Shown here: piece by piece, positions 1 through 10,336 of the stretch | Numbering within the stretch: position 1 is the first letter of the stretch | Layout: every line of letters begins with the position of its first letter | Origin: Candidatus Hodarchaeota archaeon | GTDB taxonomy: Archaea; Asgardarchaeota; Heimdallarchaeia; Hodarchaeales; Hodarchaeaceae | Assembly (NCBI GenBank): GCA_016840035.1 | Contig: JAEOTC010000031.1 | Coordinates: forward strand, 15,917 to 79,916 | DNA: 64,000 bases | Direction of reading: 5' to 3' | Program-made: the position numbers and the translations under genes | The notes under the pieces: generated by a model | What the model was told of the DNA's origin: nothing | Database searches by the model: none | Seen by the model: the letters and a program-made list of their open reading frames with translations, nothing else

Positions 1-1595
1 TTTTTATCTTTGGGAGTTAACCACAAACTGGCATCATTTGAATTTATTGAGGAATCAAAGTATTTATTCGATTTTCCAGGTTTTCCAAGATAAAAAAAGT
101 CATTTGCACCACTAGTGAATCCTCTACGAACTGATGTGAAATCTTTAAGATGTTTTAACTTGATTTTAGTGTTTTCCAAGAATTTCAAATAGAAATCAGG
201 AGCCTTTGCGAATATTCCCCACTTAGGTTCCAATAAAAGCTTGTCTTCCTGAATAGAAAAGAACACACCATCTTTTATCTTAGTAAGCGTCTTTTCAACT
301 CCCAGAGACGTAATGGTGGATAGATCCTCTTTGGAATTAACCCATAAAAACTTTATTTTGTGAGTAGAGGTATTTAGCGTTAAACGTTGTTCTTTACTCT
401 TAAACCTAAGAGAGACTATGGCAGTGTTCACATCAACCGAAGGAATCAGCTTTTTTAAGCGTGTAGATACAATTAGATCTATATAAAAATATTCTACAAG
501 AAATGTTTGGAGCATGGAACCATACTTAACATCCATCCATGAATTTGGGACTATAATTCCCATTGAATCTCCTGGATTTAGAAATTCTGAGAGATAGAGG
601 ATAAAATAGATGTACAAGCTAGATTGACCAGAAATCTGGAGAGACTTAAATCTCTGTTTAAAATCTGAAATAATTTTAGTAGACATAATCTTCTCACGAA
701 TGACTTTTTTCTCCTCAGTAGATATTAACTCCTGACGAGTATATGGAGGATTCATCAAAACAGAAATAGGAGTCTTCGCACGTTGATGTAAATTGTCTAA
801 GATCTCTTGACAAGTAAATAAATCTTTATTGTAAACACGAAAATTATTTGGTGTTTGATTAAATTTACTAAAAACTGTTAGGGCAGTTTCACAAACAAGT
901 GAAAGCACTGGATCCTTTTCTATAGCAATAATTGTCTTTGTAGAGGACCCGCTAGAAGAGAAGAGTAATTCCAAGGTACGAAGTAGCATAACACCTGTAC
1001 CAGCAGCAGGGTCGATAATGATATCAGAATCAGAGACTTTACATTGGTCAAAAATAAAATCCACAATTGGAAGTGGAGTAAAAACTTGCCCTTGGATTTG
1101 CATTTGGTCTTGTTCAATAATTCTATCAAAATAGTACGGTAATTTCATCTGAGTGTAGTAGTCAACATTCGAGCTGTTCTGTTGTATATATTTAAGACAT
1201 AATTTTGAAAGAAATTCATCCCTGCTGAAAAGATCAATGATTGATCTCAGAGGAAAAATTGGGGATTGGAATAATGGCAAATCATGGTTTTTTTCTAGAA
1301 TTCTCTCTAATATTCCAAAGATCTCACTGTCCCCAATTAAGTCTTCCTTTTCAATCGTTTTCAATCCTATGTTTAATAAATCATAAATTAGAACTGAAAT
1401 AAGAGTGGAAAGGGATTCCAAGTATTTTTCTTTGATATTCTTTTTATTAAAATTTGAATAAATTTGCAAAATATCATGTAGGGTCTGATTGGAGCTTGTA
1501 GATTTTATCAATTCGGTTATTATTTTAAGGATAGCAGGTGAAACTTGCTGTATAAAGTCAGAAAAGGGATCCTTTTCTCTAAAATTCAATTTCAA
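1..1595 (-). CDS. N6-adenine DNA methyltransferase (gamma-class, Eco57I/TaqI-like), 3' end runs off the window
   Basis: Absent from the ORF track. Hand translation from TTG at 1595 (GGTGA upstream) gives GQVFTP (motif X), IIDPAAGTG (motif I), LMNPPYTRQE (motif IV) and RRGFTSGANDFFYL, with the frame still open at the window edge. Confidence 0.88.
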   Translation of the reverse strand, partial: MKLNFREKDPFSDFIQQVSPAILKIITELIKSTSSNQTLHDILQIYSNFNKKNIKEKYLESLSTLISVLIYDLLNIGLKTIEKEDLIGDSEIFGILERILEKNHDLPLFQSPIFPLRSIIDLFSRDEFLSKLCLKYIQQNSSNVDYYTQMKLPYYFDRIIEQDQMQIQGQVFTPLPIVDFIFDQCKVSDSDIIIDPAAGTGVMLLRTLELLFSSSGSSTKTIIAIEKDPVLSLVCETALTVFSKFNQTPNNFRVYNKDLFTCQEILDNLHQRAKTPISVLMNPPYTRQELISTEEKKVIREKIMSTKIISDFKQRFKSLQISGQSSLYIYFILYLSEFLNPGDSMGIIVPNSWMDVKYGSMLQTFLVEYFYIDLIVSTRLKKLIPSVDVNTAIVSLRFKSKEQRLTLNTSTHKIKFLWVNSKEDLSTITSLGVEKTLTKIKDGVFFSIQEDKLLLEPKWGIFAKAPDFYLKFLENTKIKLKHLKDFTSVRRGFTSGANDFFYLGKPGKSNKYFDSSINSNDASLWLTPKDK

Positions 1596-1609
1596 ACCTT
1601 CACCTATAG

Positions 1610-2320
1610 TTATCTATTAAGAAATGTATCTAAGGGGATAATTTTCGGAACAACAAGACGATAGTATTGACAAATCACATTCATAGGACATAAATAGCAG
1701 TTTGGTTGTTTAGCAATACAGATTGTTGCTCCTAGATCCATTATTGCTTGATTTTTATTCCAGACATCTCCATTGCTAATAAATTCTTCAGCAAACAACC
1801 ATATTTTCTTTTCGAATCGTGAATTCTTTACTTCTTCCCAAAAACCAAAGATCCGGCTTAGCACCCTCTCAACATTAACGTCTACAATAGCAGCGTTCTT
1901 ATCATTCTTTTCAAAAGCAAAGCTCAAAATCGCTCCTGCGGTATATCGACCTACACCTTTCAACTCTAAGAGCTCATCAAGAGAGGAGGGAAATCTACCC
2001 TTCTTTTCGTCAATAATTTCTTTAGCGATCGCAAAAAGATATTCCCCTCTCCGGGTATATCCAAGTTTATCTGTAATAGATCGAACATGTTGAAGCGAAG
2101 CTCTTGAAAGAGCTTCTAGAGACGGAAACGTTTTCAAAAATTCCTTATATATAGGAATTACAATCTCTACATTTGTCTGTTGTAGCATTATCTCACTAAC
2201 AAGAATGTGATAGGGATCTCGTGTCTCTCTCCAAGGTAAATCCCGTCTGTTTTCTTCAAACCATTCCAGCAGAAGTTCGATAAATCTGTGTAACGTATTA
2301 AGTTGCGATTCATTAAGCAA
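1610..2320 (-). CDS. mutY: A/G-specific adenine glycosylase, MutY catalytic core (HhH-GPD, 4Fe-4S), without the C-terminal NUDIX-like domain
   Basis: RDLPWR, VSEIMLQQT, HhH LKGVGRYTA, VDVNVERV, and FCL motif CIAKQPNCYLCPMNVIC; only 236 aa. Confidence 0.85.
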   Translation of the reverse strand: MLNESQLNTLHRFIELLLEWFEENRRDLPWRETRDPYHILVSEIMLQQTNVEIVIPIYKEFLKTFPSLEALSRASLQHVRSITDKLGYTRRGEYLFAIAKEIIDEKKGRFPSSLDELLELKGVGRYTAGAILSFAFEKNDKNAAIVDVNVERVLSRIFGFWEEVKNSRFEKKIWLFAEEFISNGDVWNKNQAIMDLGATICIAKQPNCYLCPMNVICQYYRLVVPKIIPLDTFLNR

Positions 2321-2580
2321 GTAGTTTCACTCTAATCAAATACACTGTAGGTGCGATGTAGATTCTTAAAAGATGAACAGTGATATAATGTTTATATGAT
2401 TTACCTATTTTTTAATGGGAAAATCAGTATCCCTAGGAAAATTTTTCATTGAGGTACTAGGCGTAAAGTGTAGGAACTTTTTTCTAAGAATAAGGATTGA
2501 AGAGATTAAATACCGATAGACGAATCCTTAATAATCGAATGGCCTGTTTAGTGCTAAAAATAACGGGATGCTTGAAAAAA

Positions 2581-3381
2581 ATGAGCGAAAAAGATGAGTC
2601 AACAACTAAGAAACTTGGTCGTTTTTTTGGAAAGAAAGCTGTTGAAGCTGGTAATATAATTAACCGTGAGATGAGACGTGCGGGAAAAGTTGCTAGAGAA
2701 GAAATTTCTGATATTGATTTTGGAAATGTGGTAGTAAAACCATCTCAAAGACCAAAAAACGAATCCTACGTTAGATTTACACGTAGAGAGAGACCAACAA
2801 AAACTTATACACAAGCACATAGAACCGTTCAATTTTTCTCAAGGAATCCAGATAAAAAGGAAATGAATCCAGGGATAGATGGACTTGTCAGTTTTTCAAT
2901 TTTAATGACACCAATTGCCTTAATTATCGGATCATTAATTTTATTCACGGATTTGAATGAGTTTGTTGCTCTATTTCTTCTTTTTATGTATACCCTATTC
3001 ATTGCGATTCCAGGTGCATATCTAGGATTAGATTCCATTCTAGCAGGAGCCCGATCGGTTATTTTGGGAGGTGCATCCGTTTTCCGCGGTTTTCTTGAGT
3101 TTATTAAACTAATTTTCAAAGGAGTCATTGAATTAGGAATTTTAATGTTAAACAGTATGTTTGGATTCCTAAAAGGAGCTTTTGACACTGTAGCGGACTA
3201 TGTAGTATTCATTATTGTCTATGCTATCTTTGCTGGTGGAATTTGGGCTATTCTTTTGAGCTTACAGTTAGAACTTGAAACATTGGTGGTTCTTGGCCTT
3301 ATGGTCTTGATTCCAGCCTTACTACCCGCAAGTATTGCTCATCGCTATTGGTTAATTTGGCGCTTAGGAAGAAATTCTTAA
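2581..3381 (+). CDS. hypothetical membrane protein
   Basis: Basic hydrophilic N-terminal third followed by several hydrophobic segments. ATG 2581 preferred over the track's TTG 2497. Confidence 0.7.
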   Translation: MSEKDESTTKKLGRFFGKKAVEAGNIINREMRRAGKVAREEISDIDFGNVVVKPSQRPKNESYVRFTRRERPTKTYTQAHRTVQFFSRNPDKKEMNPGIDGLVSFSILMTPIALIIGSLILFTDLNEFVALFLLFMYTLFIAIPGAYLGLDSILAGARSVILGGASVFRGFLEFIKLIFKGVIELGILMLNSMFGFLKGAFDTVADYVVFIIVYAIFAGGIWAILLSLQLELETLVVLGLMVLIPALLPASIAHRYWLIWRLGRNS

Positions 3382-3429
3382 TTTAAAGGTGATCGGAGAT
3401 AATCACTACGATATCGGGGGTACACTTCA

Positions 3430-3897
3430 ATGGATAAGTTATTAGACGAAATAGATCGCACAATATTACGTACTCTCTATAAGGATGGACGAAAAAAGTA
3501 TCGTAAAATTGCAGAAAAGTTAAATGTATCCCCACAGACTATTTCTGATCGTGTCAGGAAACTCGAAGAAGAGAAGAAGATAATCCGGAAATTTACAATT
3601 GATATCGATCCAGAAACCCTTGGGTATGGCATCGAGTTTATTTGTGAACTAGATATTAATGCAAGTTCTATGGAACAGATTCTGAAAATACTTGAAGGAA
3701 TACCAGAAATTCATGAAATAAAGATTACAACGGGAATTCATGATATTTTATGCATTGGAAATGCAACCTCTATCGTGAACTTACATGATATCGTTGAAAA
3801 ACAGATTTCTACCATTGAAGGGGTAAATAAGACATACACATCCATTACACTAAGAAAAGTTAAAGAAAACCAATTCCAAGTTTTTGACATAGATTGA
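3430..3897 (+). CDS. Lrp/AsnC family transcriptional regulator
   Basis: LDEIDRTILRTLYKDGR...IAEKLNVSPQTISDRVRKLEE HTH plus a RAM domain (TGIHDIL). Confidence 0.93.
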   Translation: MDKLLDEIDRTILRTLYKDGRKKYRKIAEKLNVSPQTISDRVRKLEEEKKIIRKFTIDIDPETLGYGIEFICELDINASSMEQILKILEGIPEIHEIKITTGIHDILCIGNATSIVNLHDIVEKQISTIEGVNKTYTSITLRKVKENQFQVFDID

Positions 3898-4031
3898 TTT
3901 AGTTCAGTCATTTCTTACTTTTAATGGACAAACTCAATGGAGTTCGAGCTTCTAATATAGCTCTGATCAAAAGTTTTTTATTGAATTATGATTTTGTCCA
4001 TATAGAGATCTAAATTTTTGGTGAAAATAAA

Positions 4032-5231
4032 ATGCCAAGCTCAAAAGACTTTATTGAACTAGATGAACATTATGGTGCTCATAATTATCACCCCATACCT
4101 GTTGTAATTACCGAAGCCAAAGGGGTGTGGGTTTTTGATCCTGAAGGAAAAAAATATCTTGATTGTCTTTCAGCCTATTCTGCGGTTAATCAGGGGCATC
4201 TCCATCCGAAAATTGTTAAAGCTATTGAAGAACAGATGACTCGCGTTGCATTAACCTCTAGAGCCTTTCATAACGATCGTATGGGCCTTTTTCTGAAGCA
4301 TTTACTTGAAATATGCGGAGAAGGATTTGATATGGCCTTACCCATGAATACAGGAGCAGAAGCAGTTGAAACCGCGTTAAAAATGACACGTAAATGGGGT
4401 TATGATGTAAAGGGTATTGAAGAAGATAAAGCTGAAATTATCGTTTGTGAAAATAACTTCCATGGCCGAACTACAACTATAGTTGGCTTTTCTACAGATC
4501 CTGATGCAAACACAGGATTTGGTCCATTTACACCTGGATTCAAAATTATACCATATAATGATATAGAAGCACTAGAAAAAGCAATCACTCCAAATACTGT
4601 TGGATTTATGGTTGAACCGATTCAAGGAGAAGCAGGAGTAATCGTTCCCAAAGAAGGGTACTTACAGAAAGTTCGGGAAATTTGTACAAAAAATAATATT
4701 CTGATGATCTTAGATGAGATACAAACTGGTTTCTGTCGTACTGGAAAGATGTTTTGTCACCAGCATGAAGGTATAATCCCCGATGTAATGACTCTAGGTA
4801 AAGCATTGGGAGGAGGTTTACTTCCTGTTTCCGCAGTTGTCAGTAGAAAGGAAATTATGAAAGTTTTCACTCCTGGTTCACATGGTTCTACTTTCGGTGG
4901 CTTTCCATTAGCTTGCGCGGCAGGAGATGCAGCCCTTGATGTTCTTGTTGAAGAAAAACTTGATGAAAGGGCTAGAGACTTGGGAAACCTCTTCCTAAAT
5001 AAATTAAAAGAGATCGATCATCCACGTATTAAAGAAGTGCGAGGGAAAGGGCTTCTAACAGCAATTGAACTAAATGAAAAAGCAAGACCTTTTACACAAC
5101 AATTAATTGACAAAGGAATTTTAGCCAAGGAAACACATGATTATGCCATAAGATTTGCTCCACCTCTAGTAATCAAGGAAAAAGAAATTTTGTGGGCAGT
5201 GAATATTATTAAGGAAATTCTTGAAAGCTGA
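4032..5231 (+). CDS. rocD: ornithine--oxo-acid aminotransferase (class III PLP enzyme)
   Basis: GAHNYHPIP, DCLSAYSAVNQGH, NTGAEAVETALK, EPIQGEAG, DEIQTG, LGKALGGG, HGSTFGG. Confidence 0.95.
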   Translation: MPSSKDFIELDEHYGAHNYHPIPVVITEAKGVWVFDPEGKKYLDCLSAYSAVNQGHLHPKIVKAIEEQMTRVALTSRAFHNDRMGLFLKHLLEICGEGFDMALPMNTGAEAVETALKMTRKWGYDVKGIEEDKAEIIVCENNFHGRTTTIVGFSTDPDANTGFGPFTPGFKIIPYNDIEALEKAITPNTVGFMVEPIQGEAGVIVPKEGYLQKVREICTKNNILMILDEIQTGFCRTGKMFCHQHEGIIPDVMTLGKALGGGLLPVSAVVSRKEIMKVFTPGSHGSTFGGFPLACAAGDAALDVLVEEKLDERARDLGNLFLNKLKEIDHPRIKEVRGKGLLTAIELNEKARPFTQQLIDKGILAKETHDYAIRFAPPLVIKEKEILWAVNIIKEILES

Positions 5232-5322
5232 ATTACTTTGCTGGGGGGTTCTCACCTAAATCTTGAGCTTCGACGCAGTTCATTCTGCCTTTTTAATGGA
5301 ATTTAAGGCTAGGAAATGAAAA

Positions 5323-5745
5323 ATGATGAATTTAAAAGTCAAAAAGATTTCGAAAATGGCGAAAATTCCTTCAAAACATAATACAAATGATGCGGCATTT
5401 GATCTTTACGCAATTGAAGATTGTACGCTTCCTACAAATAGTACTGTTATTGTACACACTGGAATTTGCTTAGAAATTGAACCTGGGTTTTATGGAAAAA
5501 TTGAAAGCCGGAGCTCTCTTGCCAAAAAAGGGATTTTCTGCACTGCTGGAATTATTGATTCAGGCTATCGAGGAGAAGTAATGATTGTAATGAATAATCA
5601 TGGAAAAGAGCATCACTTCATCCAAAATGGACATCGTATTGCTCAATTGATCATTCACAAAGTAGAGGAGGTTCGAATCATTGAATCTGAAACTCTTGAT
5701 AATCAATCAGACAGAGGTGGAGGGTTTGGAAGTAGTGGGGAATAA
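5323..5745 (+). CDS. dut: trimeric dUTP diphosphatase
   Basis: AAFDL, SRSSLA, GIIDSGYRGE, RIAQL and RGGGFGSSG motifs I-V. Confidence 0.95.
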   Translation: MMNLKVKKISKMAKIPSKHNTNDAAFDLYAIEDCTLPTNSTVIVHTGICLEIEPGFYGKIESRSSLAKKGIFCTAGIIDSGYRGEVMIVMNNHGKEHHFIQNGHRIAQLIIHKVEEVRIIESETLDNQSDRGGGFGSSGE

Positions 5746-5774
5746 CTAAAAAGCTCTGTACTAACTTCCCATTA

Positions 5775-6065
5775 TTAAACGGAAACGATACGAAATTTCT
5801 GAGGATTTATTCGCTCAGAGTGGCATTCAGGACATTTATGAGGATCGCTAATCCGTCCTCTGCCAGGAAACACATAATTACAAGCTATGCATGATGCTGG
5901 ATTCACTTCAATTCTCTTATTGTCGTATTTAATTGTTTTTCGAACAGAATCTAAATCCATAGCCACAGTTTTAACTGAAGCTTTAGTATGATCAGATAAT
6001 TCTAGTATAGTCATCTTCTCATTCTTTGATAATAATTCAACTATTAATTCTCTTCGTGTTTTCAT
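5775..6065 (-). CDS. archaeal HTH plus Zn-ribbon transcriptional regulator (COG3357-like)
   Basis: TRRELIVELL...HTH, then CIACNY...CPECHSERI; GGAG lies upstream of ATG 6065. Confidence 0.8.
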   Translation of the reverse strand: MKTRRELIVELLSKNEKMTILELSDHTKASVKTVAMDLDSVRKTIKYDNKRIEVNPASCIACNYVFPGRGRISDPHKCPECHSERINPQKFRIVSV

Positions 6066-6264
6066 TTTCAGTAACTCCACGCATTTTAAGTTGGATATTA
6101 CAGATATTATGAATATCCTATTTCGAAATAAGTCAAGTTCCGCAAGAATAATATTAATTTAATAATAATGCATAAGGAATATTATTGTGATTTAATTATC
6201 ACCAACATTAATTAAATAATCCTAGGAAGATGATTTGGAACTATATATCATAAGGTGAATTCTC

Positions 6265-7635
6265 ATGCTAGAATCGATAATTACGATAGGAGTCGTCCTC
6301 ATTATTGTTTATTTCATAGTGTATGCATTATATTCCCAGAATATTAAAGCGGAGAGTGATTTTGCAAAAGATGTCTATTTTTTTCTAATACGTAGATATC
6401 CCACAACGAAAATTATCGATCAAGGAGGATTATCTTCAGATCCTATAATAGAAGCTTCTAATGCCGGTCCATTTAAATCTCTTGAAATAAAAGTGATCAC
6501 AAACAAAACAGGGGGAACCACTGATCGCGATCTCATACTAAGAGGGGTTATTGATAAAACTAAATTTAGTCAGTCAAGCAATGAACGATTAAACCTGCTA
6601 ATATCACCTGAGATCACATGGAGTGATTCATCATCAAGGGTAAAACTCGGAGACTCCCGATTCGACCAGCGATTTAAAATTAGTGCTGATAACTCTATCT
6701 TTGTCCACGATTTATTTCGAGAAAAAGAGCTAAGAGAGATGCTAAGAAACAATTACGATTTAGAAGCATTCAGTTTATACTGGTATCAGGACGGTACAAC
6801 AGTTATTCAGGTTAGAATGGAATCAATGACATCGAACAGCTTCTTAAACGCTTATAACATGGTTTTAGCAACAGTGGGTATCCTAAATCAAAGAGGATAC
6901 TTAATTAAACCTGGTAAAATTCCTGAAGAACCCGGTACTCAATTGTGGTCAGCTAAAACACCTTCTATTCATGCAACAGATTATTCAGAAGAAAAATATG
7001 TCCAAAAGTACCAACCTGAGGATACAACTTACCAAGTACAGGAATTACCAAAAATTAAACTTCACCCCCAACGAGACCAACGCAGATTAGATGAGAAACA
7101 AGGGATAAAACATTACGAAGAAGTTGACAAGAAAATTGATAGAATAGCAAATTCTACAGAAGTAAAGACTATTTCTGAGGATTTAATTTCCTTATTTACC
7201 TCAATTCGTTATCAAGTTAAGAATATTACATATTCTGACCACTCAGTTCAGTTAGAAACTTTCTCATCCCAATTAGAGGTTGTAAATGTTACATTTCCCT
7301 CGGTAGATCAGATTCTACTCTCAGGTGTGTCTATTCAAATCCCTCAAAATGACTTTTCGCTCCATATAACCAATACTCATGAGTCTCGTTCACCATCTTG
7401 GGAAAATCCATGGAAGGAAATTGATATAAAAGGAAATGAGTTTATTGTTAAACAGCTTAAACATCGTACCGCAATAGCAAACCGAATAAAGGAACTAGGA
7501 ACGATGAAAATTGATATTACAGGATCTAAAAATGGTATTAAATACGATATTCTGGGATTAAAATCAAAAGAAGGAATTACCATTGGTTATTCTTTACTTC
7601 TAGATTTAGTATGGTTTTTTGAGATGATAGAATAA
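6265..7635 (+). CDS. hypothetical protein with N-terminal membrane anchor
   Basis: 456-aa ORF with one N-terminal hydrophobic helix, GGTGA RBS, and two globular-looking halves joined by a P/E/Q-rich linker. Confidence 0.75.
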   Translation: MLESIITIGVVLIIVYFIVYALYSQNIKAESDFAKDVYFFLIRRYPTTKIIDQGGLSSDPIIEASNAGPFKSLEIKVITNKTGGTTDRDLILRGVIDKTKFSQSSNERLNLLISPEITWSDSSSRVKLGDSRFDQRFKISADNSIFVHDLFREKELREMLRNNYDLEAFSLYWYQDGTTVIQVRMESMTSNSFLNAYNMVLATVGILNQRGYLIKPGKIPEEPGTQLWSAKTPSIHATDYSEEKYVQKYQPEDTTYQVQELPKIKLHPQRDQRRLDEKQGIKHYEEVDKKIDRIANSTEVKTISEDLISLFTSIRYQVKNITYSDHSVQLETFSSQLEVVNVTFPSVDQILLSGVSIQIPQNDFSLHITNTHESRSPSWENPWKEIDIKGNEFIVKQLKHRTAIANRIKELGTMKIDITGSKNGIKYDILGLKSKEGITIGYSLLLDLVWFFEMIE

Positions 7636-7703
7636 AATTATACAGAACCCGATTTCCACTTAGATAATATTTTTCAGTCGAAGAGCTAGCTTTTTGGTTT
7701 ACT

Positions 7704-9032
7704 ATGTATTCCGATGAAAAAACAGTCTCATCCTCTCTTGACTGGACAAAAACCTTCCTGATTGGCTTAGGGTTCTTTACCACAGGAATTTCGTGGGCAC
7801 TTTATAATAGCTATGTACCCTTATGGTTAAACGAGCTTATCCCTGATCGGTTTATCGTAGGTATCATTATGGGATTAGATAATCTAGCAATGATATTTAT
7901 GGAACCTGTAGTGGGATCAATTTCAGATAAAACACAAACAAGATGGGGGAGAAGAATTCCATTCTTGATGATTGGAATACCTGTTTCTGCAGGATTTTTC
8001 ATACTCCTACCGATGTTTCGCGGAACGCTTCTTATTTTAATGGCAGTGGTTTTTGGTTTCTTATTGATGATGGCTTTTTATCGGGCACCAGTGGTTGCAT
8101 TAATGCCTGATATTATCCCATCAAAAAATAGATCGAAAGCCAATGGAGTTATCAATCTGATGGGAGGCTTAGGTGCTGTATATGCTTTTCTTTTCGGATC
8201 TATGTTATATTCCATTGACCCCTTATTTGCTTTCGGGAGTACATCAATTATTATGATAGTTGCACTAGTCTTGCTATTTTTGTTCGTCAAAGAACCAATA
8301 GTCACAGATTCAGAAACTGTTATTCCCGAATCAACTAAAGAAGAAATTTCTGTACTTAGTAGCTTGAGAGAAGTCTTTACAGATAGTGACAAATCAGGTT
8401 TATTTGTCCTATTCGCAATTTTCTTCTGGTTTGTTGGTTATAATGCTCTTGAAACTTGGTTAACTTCTTGGGCCACATCCACATTACCACACGTTATGGA
8501 TATTGCTGCTCCTGCTACAGAAGAAGCAATAGACGATGCACAGGCAGCAGCAGGGTTTATATTAACAGTGTATGCTCTAGTGTTTGTTATCTTCGCTATA
8601 CCTGCTGGGATTATAGGTCAGCGAATCGGAAGAGCGAAAACAATCCGAATTGGTTTACCAATTGCAATCGTGTTCATCTTCATCGTATACTTGGTCGGTC
8701 AATTCAACATTTTATCAATGGGTAGTTCTGCCCAATACTATTCGATGATAATCATTCTGGGTTGTGCTGCTTTTGGATGGGCTTTAGTTAATATCAACTC
8801 AATAGTCATAGTTTGGGAAATAGCAACTGATGTCAAGTTAGGATCCTATACAGGATTATATTACCTATTTAGTAGCTCAGCGGCCGTACTGGGTCCAGGA
8901 GCTGTAGGATTAATTTTTGATGTGTTTTCTGAAGGTTCTTTTGAGTTATTATTCCCAGTTAGTATATTCTGTCTCTTGATAGCGTTTGTATTGATGTTTG
9001 GAGTAAAATCTGGAGAAACAAAAACTTCCTAG
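7704..9032 (+). CDS. MFS transporter (SLC45/maltose-sucrose-like)
   Basis: About 12 TM helices; GSISDKTQTRWGRRIPF motif A variant; GQRIGRAKT in the second half. Confidence 0.9.
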   Translation: MYSDEKTVSSSLDWTKTFLIGLGFFTTGISWALYNSYVPLWLNELIPDRFIVGIIMGLDNLAMIFMEPVVGSISDKTQTRWGRRIPFLMIGIPVSAGFFILLPMFRGTLLILMAVVFGFLLMMAFYRAPVVALMPDIIPSKNRSKANGVINLMGGLGAVYAFLFGSMLYSIDPLFAFGSTSIIMIVALVLLFLFVKEPIVTDSETVIPESTKEEISVLSSLREVFTDSDKSGLFVLFAIFFWFVGYNALETWLTSWATSTLPHVMDIAAPATEEAIDDAQAAAGFILTVYALVFVIFAIPAGIIGQRIGRAKTIRIGLPIAIVFIFIVYLVGQFNILSMGSSAQYYSMIIILGCAAFGWALVNINSIVIVWEIATDVKLGSYTGLYYLFSSSAAVLGPGAVGLIFDVFSEGSFELLFPVSIFCLLIAFVLMFGVKSGETKTS

Positions 9033-9052
9033 AGGGTTGTTAATCAACCCTC
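9032..9052. terminator. hairpin between convergent genes, putative bidirectional terminator
   Basis: GAGGGTTG-TTAAT-CAACCCTC, an 8-bp perfect stem between the MFS and OCD stop codons, followed by a pyrimidine tract. Confidence 0.5.
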
Positions 9053-9067
9053 ATATTTTCCTTCTAG

Positions 9068-10054
9068 TTAGATTTCTACGAGTGTACCGATATTATCAGC
9101 TTTAGCAGTATCATACACTAATTTCGCTGTAGCAGCATCTTGGATTGCCAATCCTACTGATTTAAATAGAGTAATTTCCTGATCACTTTCTCGTCCAGCC
9201 TTTTTACCAGTAATAATCTCACTAAGTTCTCCGTATATTTGTTCCTTGGTAAAAACTCCTTCAGTTATAGGGATAATAATATCTCCCGCCTCTGCAAGAC
9301 ATGCACTAACTTGATCGCATACCACTTTGGAACGTAGAACTGTATCGCTATCTAATTCGCGTGTACCGGGGTTATGAGATCCAATCCCAGAAATATGGGT
9401 ACCTGGTTGGATCCATTTACCATGAAAGATTGGAAGTGGTGACGTTGTTGCAGTTAGTACAATTTCGGAAGTTTTAATGACTTCTTCTGCTGATTCCGCA
9501 ACTTCTATTGGAATCTTCAGTTTTTCGGTCATACTCTTAGCAAATTTCTCTGCCACCTCCTTTCGGACATCAAACACCTTTCCAGATTTTAAAGAAGGAC
9601 GTGCAACACAGGCTGCCCAAAGTTGAGTCATTCCTTGAACACCTGTACCAAATAGACCGACTGTTTTTGCATCTTCTTTTGCTAAATATTCAATAGCACA
9701 ACCTGATACAGCTCCTGTTCGCATAGCTGTTAAATACCCTCCATCCATAATACAGATTACATCTCCTGTTTCAATATCTTGCAGTAACACCTTTCCCAAG
9801 GTAGTAGGGAGACCATAATCTTTAGGATTGTTTTTAAAAACAGTTACAACTTTAACTGCTAGGGATTTTGACTGTGGGAGAAAAGCAGGCATGTAAAGAC
9901 TAAGGCCCTTCTTATTCGAGATTACAATCCGTTGTGGAAGAATTGCAGTCCCATCTGAAAGCTGACTGAATGCAGTTTTCATAGCTTTAATCGTATCTTT
10001 CATATCTAAAACAGTTTCAACCTGTTTTCTATTCAGCAACAAGACATTACTCAT
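9068..10054 (-). CDS. ornithine cyclodeaminase/mu-crystallin family (alanine dehydrogenase-like)
   Basis: KVVTVF..NP, LTAMRTGA, GTGVQG Rossmann motif, FKSVGLAIQD. Confidence 0.93.
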   Translation of the reverse strand: MSNVLLLNRKQVETVLDMKDTIKAMKTAFSQLSDGTAILPQRIVISNKKGLSLYMPAFLPQSKSLAVKVVTVFKNNPKDYGLPTTLGKVLLQDIETGDVICIMDGGYLTAMRTGAVSGCAIEYLAKEDAKTVGLFGTGVQGMTQLWAACVARPSLKSGKVFDVRKEVAEKFAKSMTEKLKIPIEVAESAEEVIKTSEIVLTATTSPLPIFHGKWIQPGTHISGIGSHNPGTRELDSDTVLRSKVVCDQVSACLAEAGDIIIPITEGVFTKEQIYGELSEIITGKKAGRESDQEITLFKSVGLAIQDAATAKLVYDTAKADNIGTLVEI

Positions 10055-10336
10055 TTTCCTATCTCACTTTTTTTTTCCTTAGATGAATTTCAATTATCAA
10101 ATATGTATGCTTAAGCAGCCCCGTTTCTTAAGAAAATCTTTTCAAAGTTCCATTAGTCAAATCTAAAAATTCAAATACTGTCATTATATGTGCGTACATA
10201 CGTCGTCAAATTAGTAAGAAAACGCTTAAACGTTAAATCAACAATTCTGATTCACTGGATATTCGGAGAATATTACTAGAAAGACATAATAAGTTTTATT
10301 CTTCATTTTAACCATTGATAGTAGGAAGAGTGATCA

